This document shows positions 18,243-27,000 of a stretch of DNA of 64,000 bases, one piece after another (the first letter of the stretch is position 1; every line of letters begins with the position of its first letter). A model generated the notes under the pieces. That model was not told the origin of the DNA, did no database searches, and saw only the letters and a program-made list of their open reading frames with translations. The translations under genes and the position numbers were made by a program. The DNA is from Bacteroidota bacterium. GTDB taxonomy: Bacteria > Bacteroidota > Ignavibacteria > Ignavibacteriales > Ignavibacteriaceae. The DNA is taken from positions 4,612 through 68,611 of the forward strand of contig JAKIZM010000008.1 in NCBI GenBank assembly GCA_022708025.1. Reading direction: 5' to 3'.

Positions 18243-20114
18243 ATGAAACCGTATAAAAATTTCTTTTGTCTTTTAGCAGCAACTATCTTTCTGGTAACTG
18301 CATACAAAACAAACGCCCAGTTAAATATGACAGTCAATTCTCTGGCTGATGATGAATATGCTTATCCTTATGATGATCCTAATACACCGGAGGACGAATC
18401 ACAGGATGGAATTTGTAATGATGAAATGGGTCGTTGCACAATAAGGGCTGCGATTGAAGAATCATACAATATAAGCCAATCTGTTTTTCTAACCTTTAAC
18501 GTTAATGGGACAATAAACCTTACTGATGTTTTATACCCTGTTGACGGAAGTGTCATCTGGGCTGACAATGCAATTGAAATGAGTGGATTAAACTGTTTTG
18601 AACTCGATAACAATTGTCAGATAGAGGGTGTGAAGTTCAATAATACAGCATATAATGCAGTATCAATAATTGGGTACAATAATATCATCGGACCTGACAA
18701 TCTTTTTTTAAATGGTTATATAGGTCTTATTGTAGAGGGCGATTCTAATTTTATCGGACGAAATTACTTTGGAATTGATACTAATGATGTTCTTGGCCCA
18801 AATCAAATAGGCATCATGGTAACCGGGAGCAATAATACATTAACTACAAATTTTATATGCGGTAATCAGGCTGGTATATCGATATCGGAAGGAAGTGGAA
18901 ATGTAATAAAGGAATGTATTATTGGCACAAATGTTAATGGTGAACCTGGACTTGGTAACCAGATAGGTATTAATATAGCCGGTTCAGATGCAAATTTAAT
19001 AGGTGGAGAATTATTAATTAACGGTAACATAATCTCAGGGAATACAGTTGCGGGAATTATAATTTCAGGTGTACCGCCGGATAATTATTCGGTAGGGAAT
19101 TATTTCTTTAATAATATTATTGGACTTGATTTTGCGGCTTTGTTTGCAATTCCTAATGGCAACGGGGTTGTAATTACAAATGGAGCAAGAGTAGAATTTT
19201 TTGGACAAAATATAATCTCCGGTAATAATCAAAGCGGTGTTCATATTTTTGGTTATGATTCTGAAACATTATCCTATGGACATACATTTGCAGAAAATTA
19301 CATTGGGATTAATATTGTCGGAGATAAAGTCCCGAATGGAATGAATGGAATTAATATCTGGGGAAACGTAGAAGATGTTACTATCGGGACAAACTTATCA
19401 GGTCAGCATTTACCGAATATAATAGTTGGAAATCAAAATTCGGGAATTTCAGTATCAAGTCAATTTGGTTTTGATCCTTCAAAAATTTTATTCCGAAAAA
19501 ATCTGATTTACCAGAATGATAATTCAAATCTGTTTGTCTCAGCTCAGTCAAACAATGGCTTACTGCCGCCATATTCTCTTTCATATAATAATAACACAAT
19601 TGCAGGAATTTGTGATGTCCCTGGTGCATTGATTGATATTTACAGAGCAAACATTAATGAATTTTCCCCTTCAGCATATGAATGGCTTGGATCAACGACT
19701 GTAGGAAATAATGGTGTTTTTTCTTATGAGATTACAAATCCTCAAATAGAAGCAGTTTCTCTTACTGCAACAACAAGCACCGGCAACACATCAGGTTTTG
19801 CATACCTTGAATTAATAACAGATGTGGAAAAAGATGATAATAATATTCCGACAGAATATTTTCTTAGTCAGAATTTCCCAAATCCATTCAACCCATCAAC
19901 AAAAATTAATTTCTCAATTCCGCAGGAAGAGTTTGTTTCACTTAAAATTTTCAATTCTCTGGGTGAAGAAATTGCTGAACTTGTAAATGAAACCAAACCG
20001 GCAGGTAACTATTCAGTTTCTTTTGATGCTTCAGGATTATCGAGCGGGGTTTATATCTACAGATTAAGCACTGGCGCTTCAGTTCAAATGAAAAAAATGA
20101 TTTTAAACAAGTAA
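18243..20114 (+). CDS. secreted right-handed parallel beta-helix repeat protein with CSLREA-like N-terminal motif and T9SS C-terminal sorting domain (paralog 2)
   Basis: GGAG lies 7 nt upstream of the ATG. The architecture matches 16294-18210 (LADDEYAYPYDDPNTPEDESQDGICNDEMGRCTIRAAIEES; FPNPFNPSTKINFSIP...SGVYIYRL). The two proteins are collinear along their whole length. Confidence 0.85.
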   Translation: MKPYKNFFCLLAATIFLVTAYKTNAQLNMTVNSLADDEYAYPYDDPNTPEDESQDGICNDEMGRCTIRAAIEESYNISQSVFLTFNVNGTINLTDVLYPVDGSVIWADNAIEMSGLNCFELDNNCQIEGVKFNNTAYNAVSIIGYNNIIGPDNLFLNGYIGLIVEGDSNFIGRNYFGIDTNDVLGPNQIGIMVTGSNNTLTTNFICGNQAGISISEGSGNVIKECIIGTNVNGEPGLGNQIGINIAGSDANLIGGELLINGNIISGNTVAGIIISGVPPDNYSVGNYFFNNIIGLDFAALFAIPNGNGVVITNGARVEFFGQNIISGNNQSGVHIFGYDSETLSYGHTFAENYIGINIVGDKVPNGMNGINIWGNVEDVTIGTNLSGQHLPNIIVGNQNSGISVSSQFGFDPSKILFRKNLIYQNDNSNLFVSAQSNNGLLPPYSLSYNNNTIAGICDVPGALIDIYRANINEFSPSAYEWLGSTTVGNNGVFSYEITNPQIEAVSLTATTSTGNTSGFAYLELITDVEKDDNNIPTEYFLSQNFPNPFNPSTKINFSIPQEEFVSLKIFNSLGEEIAELVNETKPAGNYSVSFDASGLSSGVYIYRLSTGASVQMKKMILNK

Positions 20115-20157
20115 TAAATAACTAATTCAATTAACTCATAATATAAAAGGAGCAAAA

Positions 20158-20679
20158 ATGAAAAAAATAATGTCTAGTCTTTTCTGTATCTCAATAATTA
20201 TACTCGTAATGTTTATCGGATGTTCGAAGGATAATTCAGGTAATCCCGTTGACCCGGGAGGTGGAGGTACTGTTAGTAATGAAGCAAAACTCACCTTAAA
20301 TGGAGGTTCATTTGTAAACCAGGCGGTAACATTATCAAACGGCACATCAACATACTCCACTGTTGACACTGCAACAGCAATCCTTTTTTCGGGAAAATTA
20401 AACTCTGATTCTTTATACTTTTTTGTTGTATTCCAAGGTAAACAGACAGGTGTTATAAATTGGAATGATAATAATGGTGTTTTATTTTATAAAAAAAGTT
20501 CCTCAGGCTTAAATATGTATATTGGCAGTTCACAAGGTTCAACAACTATATCTTCTTATGGTTCGGTTGGTGGTAAGGTGGATGGAAGTGTAACAGGTAA
20601 AATGATTGATGCAACGACACAGACAGAAGTAAACATAAGTGGCAATTTTTCTTCTACAAGAACCCCGGACATAAACTAA
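20158..20679 (+). CDS. hypothetical lipoprotein
   Basis: AAAGGAG Shine-Dalgarno sequence. Lipobox VMFIGC followed by SKDNSGNPVDPGGGG. Ser/Thr/Gly-rich beta-type sequence with no recognisable family. Confidence 0.65.
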   Translation: MKKIMSSLFCISIIILVMFIGCSKDNSGNPVDPGGGGTVSNEAKLTLNGGSFVNQAVTLSNGTSTYSTVDTATAILFSGKLNSDSLYFFVVFQGKQTGVINWNDNNGVLFYKKSSSGLNMYIGSSQGSTTISSYGSVGGKVDGSVTGKMIDATTQTEVNISGNFSSTRTPDIN

Positions 20680-20687
20680 TGTAAATC

Positions 20688-20736
20688 AGTCTGAGGGTAT
20701 TTTGGGAATATCCTCAGACTTGCTCTGTTTTATTTC
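20688..20736 (+). terminator. rho-independent terminator closing the beta-helix/lipoprotein operon
   Basis: AGTCTGAGGGTATT (20688-20701) pairs with AATATCCTCAGACT (20707-20720) with one mismatch. A T-rich tail TTGCTCTGTTTTATTT follows. Confidence 0.65.
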
Positions 20737-20889
20737 TGTAATTAACTTCATCTGATTTTCAAGTTAGTCAAATCAAATGTTCTGATCAGGTTACATCTCA
20801 AATTTATTTTTTTTCTGCTTGCAATATTTTTTTTACTTTTACAATGAGTTTAATTCAAATAATATTTTAGATACTTAGCAGGAACTGAA

Positions 20890-21909
20890 ATGAGAAAAAC
20901 TTTTCTTCTTTTTATAATAATCTTATTTACAAATTTTAATTTCAATAATGCCCAATCTGTTCAGGAGTTTTATAACATTAAAAATTTTCAAACTGAAGAA
21001 GGCTTATCAATTAAAGATTGCAAAATAGGATACAGAACTTTTGGAAAGCTTAATAACGATTCATCAAATGTGGTAATTTATTGCAGTTGGTTCGGCGGAA
21101 ACTCAGAAGCAATCGGAACCTTAATAAATAAATATAATTTTATCGATACAAACAAATATTTTATTATTGCAATTGATGCATTAGGAAATGGAGTATCATC
21201 CTCAATCTCTAATTCTGATCAACCTGATTCTGTTTTTTATAGCTTGTCAATTTCTGATATGGTAAATGCTAATTATAGATTACTGACTGAACATTTCAAA
21301 TTAAAAAAGATTTATGCTGCAGTAGGCGGTTCTATGGGCAGTATGCAGGTTCTTCAAATGGCTGTTACTTATCCGGATTTTTCTAAAAATATTATTGCTT
21401 ATGTAGCTACACCACGATTAACAAGTTCTGATCTTTTATGGATGGCAACTCAGGAAAATTTAATCGAATCAACTTTAAATTCGGGAATGAGTGAAAGAGA
21501 AGTAAGAAGATTATCCGAAATAATTTCAGTTAACTTTGCCAGAACTCCTGATTATGTAACTAAAAATGTTAAAACTCCTGAATTCGGAGATTATATAAAA
21601 TCTTTTGATAAAGAACCGAACAAAGTTTTTACATTGCAAAATTATTTAACTCAGCTGAAAGCTATGATGAAGCACGATATTTCCAGATCTACTAAAAACT
21701 TAATGGAAGAAGCAGCCAAAAAAATTAAAGCTAAATTATTTATTATCGTAAGTAAATCTGATTTATTGCTTAATCCATCCGAAGCAATAAACCTTGCTAA
21801 CTTAACTTCATCAAGACTTTTAATATTGGATAATAACTGCGGTCATCTGGCAGTAAGCTGTGAGCTTGAAAGAGTAAAAGGTGAGATTGCAAACTTTCTA
21901 CAGGAGTAA
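20890..21909 (+). CDS. exported alpha/beta hydrolase of the homoserine O-acetyltransferase (MetX) fold family
   Basis: The MetX-like N-terminus (EGLSIKDCKIGYRTFGKLNNDSSNVVIYC), nucleophile elbow VGGSMGSMQ and C-terminal SKSDLL...NCGHLA give an S-D-H triad. It is preceded by the signal peptide MRKTFLLFIIILFTNFNFNNAQS. Confidence 0.7.
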   Translation: MRKTFLLFIIILFTNFNFNNAQSVQEFYNIKNFQTEEGLSIKDCKIGYRTFGKLNNDSSNVVIYCSWFGGNSEAIGTLINKYNFIDTNKYFIIAIDALGNGVSSSISNSDQPDSVFYSLSISDMVNANYRLLTEHFKLKKIYAAVGGSMGSMQVLQMAVTYPDFSKNIIAYVATPRLTSSDLLWMATQENLIESTLNSGMSEREVRRLSEIISVNFARTPDYVTKNVKTPEFGDYIKSFDKEPNKVFTLQNYLTQLKAMMKHDISRSTKNLMEEAAKKIKAKLFIIVSKSDLLLNPSEAINLANLTSSRLLILDNNCGHLAVSCELERVKGEIANFLQE

Positions 21910-21982
21910 TATTTATTAAATGTTTTTAGTCTGAATTTACTTTTTTAAGCTGCCCAAAATAACTGGGAAGTATTTAGGAAGT

Positions 21983-22474
21983 TTATTTATCCGTATTTTC
22001 TGATTTAGGATATTTTCCGGTCAACTTATTTAACCATCTATGAAAACTATGAATTGATTTAACCGGTTCTACAAACATTAAAATACATTCGCCGGAAATA
22101 ACTTGCATTCCGTTTTCTTTACAATATTCAATCGCATTTTTTGATTCAGAGCTTTGCTGCATCCAGATGTATTTTATTCCCAGTTCTTTTGCCTCTCGCA
22201 CAATATTCTCAGTTACTGCAGGAGGAACGACAGTAATTAAACCATCAATTTTATTTCCGATCTGAGAAAGTGAAGAATGAAGTTTAACATCTTTCCAAAA
22301 TCCTCCATTCTTATTAACTGCAAAAACATTATAACCATTATCCTTTAAATGATTATATACTGAAATTCCAAATCCAATTCCTTTAGAAGATACACCAACA
22401 ACTGCAATGTTTTTTAGTTCAGTAAATGATTTAATGACAGATATATCCATTAACAATTTCTTTCTATTAAACAT
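21983..22474 (-). CDS. CoA-binding domain protein (YccU/YneT-like)
   Basis: NIAVVGVSSKG.GFG..VY..L...GY.VF.VN pattern of CoA_binding_2. An alternative start is at Met10 (22447). Confidence 0.8.
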   Translation of the reverse strand: MFNRKKLLMDISVIKSFTELKNIAVVGVSSKGIGFGISVYNHLKDNGYNVFAVNKNGGFWKDVKLHSSLSQIGNKIDGLITVVPPAVTENIVREAKELGIKYIWMQQSSESKNAIEYCKENGMQVISGECILMFVEPVKSIHSFHRWLNKLTGKYPKSENTDK

Positions 22475-22600
22475 TTCAAAATTAAATTTATTTTTACAAA
22501 AGTTTATATAAAAAAAAACAATCTTAATAAATTCTTATTTCATAAAATATATTCTATTACTTAACTTTGGTTACTTTTTTTCATACTAAATTGAGTTACA

Positions 22601-24082
22601 ATGAATTACGAAGAAGACAAACCAATTTCTTATTGTGGAATATTTGGTATCTATGGATACGAAGGAGCTTCAGCCCAGGTATATTATGGATTACACGCTT
22701 TACAGCACAGGGGACAAGAAGCCAGCGGAATTGTTACACGCTCTTTTAATGGTGATAACAAACCTCATTTTAACATTGTTAAAGGTGAGGGATTAGTTTC
22801 CGAAGTCTTTGAAGATTTATCAATTCTTTCAGATGTTCTTATCGGTAATTCCGCAATCGGGCATAACAGATACTCTACAACCGGCACTGCAAAATCCAGG
22901 AAGAACATACAACCTTTTATGGTTAATTATAGAATGGGTAATCTTGCAATCGGGCATAATGGAAATCTGACAAATGCAAAAGAACTAAGAGAAGAATTAG
23001 TTAACGAAGGAGCAATCTTTCAGACAACAAGCGATACAGAAGTAATATTACATTTAATTGCCAGAAGTAAACTCGATAATCAGATTGATCAGATAATTGA
23101 AGCACTTCGCAGAATCGAAGGAGCATATTGTTTGGTTATTTTAACAGATGATAAATTAATTGCAGCAAGAGACCCTCTGGGATTCAGACCATTATCTGTT
23201 GGTAAACTTAATGATGCATTTGTAGTTGCCTCCGAAACTTGTGCATTCGATATACAGCACGCTGAATTTTTGAGAGAGGTTGAACCTGGAGAACTTATTG
23301 TTATTGATGATGAAGTAATTAGAACCGGAAATATAAAATCATTTAAAATTAATGGTAATCCCGAACCAAAAAAGTTTTGTGTATTTGAATACATATATTT
23401 CTCACGTCCGGATAGTTTTATTTTCGGACATAATGTTGATAAGATGAGAAGAAGACTTGGCAAGGTGCTTGCTAAAAATCATCCCGTTGTAGATGCAGAC
23501 GGAGAAAGTGTATTTGTAATCAGTGTTCCTGATAGTTCAAACACTACTGCACTGGGTTATGCAAGAGAATTGGAAAAAATGGGAATTGATTCCAGATTAG
23601 AGATCGGTTTGATAAGAAGCCATTATATCGGGAGAACTTTTATAAAACCCGGTCAATCGAACCGGGAAATGGGTGTGAGAATAAAATTTAATATTGTTAA
23701 AGGAGTTCTTGAAGGAAGGACAATAGTACTTGTTGATGACTCGATTGTAAGAGGTACTACTTCCAAACAGCTTGTACATTTATTAAGAGAAGCTAAACCA
23801 AAAGCCATACATCTCAGAATATCTTCTCCACCGATTATGCATCCCTGTTTTTACGGTATGGATTTCCCAAGCAGTGAAGAACTGATTGCCTACCAAAAAA
23901 AAGGTAACATTGAAGAGATTAAAAAGTATCTTGAAGTTGATAGTTTAGAATACTTAACTATCGATGAGATGTTGGAAGCAGTTTCTGAAGCTGGTAAAGA
24001 TAATTTTTGTACTGCCTGTTTCTCCGGAAACTATCCGACTAAAATTAATACTAACTTCAAAAAGGAGATGTATGAAGTTTAA
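22601..24082 (+). CDS. purF: amidophosphoribosyltransferase (Fe-S, propeptide type)
   Basis: An 11-residue propeptide precedes the catalytic CGIFGIYG. Ntn-glutaminase domain, PRTase motif VLVDDSIVRGTT, and C-terminal Cys ligands (CFYGMD, CTACFSGNYP). Confidence 0.95.
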   Translation: MNYEEDKPISYCGIFGIYGYEGASAQVYYGLHALQHRGQEASGIVTRSFNGDNKPHFNIVKGEGLVSEVFEDLSILSDVLIGNSAIGHNRYSTTGTAKSRKNIQPFMVNYRMGNLAIGHNGNLTNAKELREELVNEGAIFQTTSDTEVILHLIARSKLDNQIDQIIEALRRIEGAYCLVILTDDKLIAARDPLGFRPLSVGKLNDAFVVASETCAFDIQHAEFLREVEPGELIVIDDEVIRTGNIKSFKINGNPEPKKFCVFEYIYFSRPDSFIFGHNVDKMRRRLGKVLAKNHPVVDADGESVFVISVPDSSNTTALGYARELEKMGIDSRLEIGLIRSHYIGRTFIKPGQSNREMGVRIKFNIVKGVLEGRTIVLVDDSIVRGTTSKQLVHLLREAKPKAIHLRISSPPIMHPCFYGMDFPSSEELIAYQKKGNIEEIKKYLEVDSLEYLTIDEMLEAVSEAGKDNFCTACFSGNYPTKINTNFKKEMYEV

Positions 24083-27000
24083 GCCGGCATTTCTGCTTAT
24101 CATTATAATTCTTTTTTCATTTTCATCAATTGCACAAACAACGTACTTCATTAAATATAAAAGTAGTGTGCCGCTTAGTGCAGTTAATGATAGAATATCA
24201 GAGCAAAAGATCTCTAATGCATTTGCGAACAGGCAAATAAATTTACCTGAATTTCAAATGGACTACTTTGCCAAAGGATTGGGCAGGGGAGAAGAAGTTC
24301 TGGGGAGAATTGTTAAAATACATTTTTCTGAAAATGTTGATGTTTCAGATTTCAACTCAATACTGTCTAACGATCCTGATATTGAATATATTCAAACAGC
24401 AAATAATTATCAGGTTGATTTCACACCTAATGACAGTCTTGTTAATAACCAATGGGGATTAGAAAAAATAAAAGCATTTGATGCATGGAACATTACCCAA
24501 GGCTCTGATACGGTATTGCTTGCTATTATAGATACCGGAATTGATTATGAACATCCTGATCTGAAAAATAAAATTTTTATAAACCCTGGTGAAACAGGTC
24601 TTGATCAATATGGAAATGACAAAAGAACAAATGGAATAGATGATGACGGAAACGGTTTTATTGATGATTATATGGGCTGGGATTTTACTGATAGATTAGG
24701 ATTTCCTTTTGATTCAACCGGAGGAGATTACCTGGATTGGGATAATAATCCTTATGATGAGAATGGGCACGGTACATACATCTCAGGAATTGCTGCGGCT
24801 GAAACAAATAATTTTACCGGAATAGCTGGTGTAGCTCCATTAATTAAAGTTCTGAATCTTCGTGCTTTTGATCCCGGAGGATATGGTGAAGAAGATGACG
24901 TTGCAGCTGCTATACTTTATGCTGTGCAGATGGGTGTAAAAGTTATTAATATGAGTTTTGGTGATAATGCATTTTCTTATGTATTACGAGATGTGATAAG
25001 ATATGCTTATAGTCAGGGAGTTGTACTTGTAGCAAGTGCAGGTAATTCAGGTTCAAATATGCCCCATTATCCATCCGGTTATTCAGAAGTAATTTCAGTC
25101 GGAAATTCGACGCGTGAAGACTATGTTGCAACAAGTTCAAATTATGGTTCCACAATTGATCTGGTTGCTCCAGGTTCTTCTATATTAACAACTTCAAGGA
25201 ATAATGGATATGCTGAAATAGGTGGAACCTCTGCATCTGCTCCATTTGTGTCTGCAACTGCAGCTTTAATCCTCTCACGTAGTAATTTTACTAATGAAGA
25301 AGTTAAACAAATCATTAAATCTACTACTGATGATATTGGTGAGCCAGGTTGGGATATAAAAAGTGGAGCAGGAAGATTAAATTTATTTAAAGCTCTTTCT
25401 GTTACCGCACCATCAGTTATTAAATTTCATTCGCCTACTCAGGATTTCGCAACTTCAGGCAATAATATTCCGATTAATATATCAGTCCTTTCTCCTTATT
25501 TTTCTTCATTCAGTATGGAGCTTGGAGTTGGATTTAATCCTAAAAACTGGACGAACCTGATAAATAATCAACAGTATCAGATTTCAAATGAAGAGATATT
25601 GAATTTAGATGTATCAGGATTTGCTGATACAGTCTATACTTTAAGATTAATAGTAAATCAAACAACAGGCAGAACACTTGAAGAAAGAGTTAATTTTTAT
25701 ATCGATAGAAGTGCACCGATTGCTGAATTGATTTCACTAATTCCAGCTTTTTATGGAGATAAAACAACTGTTCTCGCTTCTGTTTATACTAATGATCCTT
25801 CGATTGTTCGAATGTATTATAAGCTTTATGGAACCACTAATTATAGTTTTGTTACATTAGACGGTTTTACTATAAATAATCAATTCGTAAAATCATTACA
25901 TTATGGTTTTATACCTAAAGACCTGATAAATCAAAACTCTTTATATGAGATTTATTTAGAAGCCGAAAATCTTGTCGGATTAAAGACAATTATAAAAGAT
26001 AAAAATAATGATTTTATCGTTTCAACTTCATTTGAAAGTGAACTCTCAACGGATTTTGTGCAGCCATATAGTTTACCATCGGGAAGTATTTTCGAGGATC
26101 AGCTTTCGTTAGTTAATAATTCAAAAGATATTATTTTGAGAACAAATGCCTCGCCTAAAATATCATCAATCTATTCTTTTCAGAATAATGAATTTGTTCT
26201 TGTTGATTCCCTTAACGATCGTATCGTTAAAGCTGCCGGTGATTTTAATAATAATGGTTTAACTGATCTGTTAGATTATTTTGTTCGCGATGGCTTTATA
26301 GATGAACAAAACAGTTCCAATTCTTATTCTTTCTCGGAAAAATATTCAAATACTGGTGGCAAGTTCTGGCCTATCTTAGCTGAAGATGTTGATAATGATG
26401 GTATAACAGAAGTATTTAGTGTTTTTAACGATTCCACAGTTGAAGTTTGGGAAGTTAGTTCATCATTAGATCTTAATAAAGTAGCCACACTAACAAATTT
26501 TTCTCCATCAGGATTTGGTTTCAATATAATTAATTCACCTAACGCTGTAATTACTGATATTGATGGAGATGGCATAAAAGAATTCTGGATGATAGACCAG
26601 GATGGTGATATTTTTGGATATAAGATCACCGGTAATAATAAATTTGAAAAAGGTTATGTAATTCAAACAGGTTTCTTAGGTTCTTCAGCTTATCTTACAG
26701 CAGGCGATTTTAATGGAGACGGCAGACAAGAGCTGGCAGTTTTGTTGCATTCAATAGATGAACTTGATATTTCTCCCTTCTACAGACTTGTTGTATTTAA
26801 TATATTAAATAATCAGGTTAACTTCTTATTTGATCAAGCCTTAATTGATGCATCTACAGAGTTTAATAATACCTTTCGCAGATCAGAAAATAGCATAAGA
26901 TTCAAAGATATTGATAATGATGGTGCAGATGAATTAATACTTTTTGTATTTCCATATTCTTACATTTTTAAATTTGATTTCGGTTTAGTAAAAGTAATTT

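Noticed and set aside
20737-20889. A SAM riboswitch upstream of the MetX-family gene.
   Set aside because: No SAM-I, SAM-II or SAM-IV conserved cores could be found by eye (for example GAGGGA...GCCC pairing elements). The region is simply AT-rich, and the protein is probably not a methionine-pathway enzyme.
23964-24071. A 36-codon N-terminal extension of the S8 protease ORF, as listed in the ORF track.
   Set aside because: It lies entirely inside the purF coding sequence in another frame. ATG 24072 has an AAAGGAG Shine-Dalgarno sequence and is followed immediately by a classical signal peptide.
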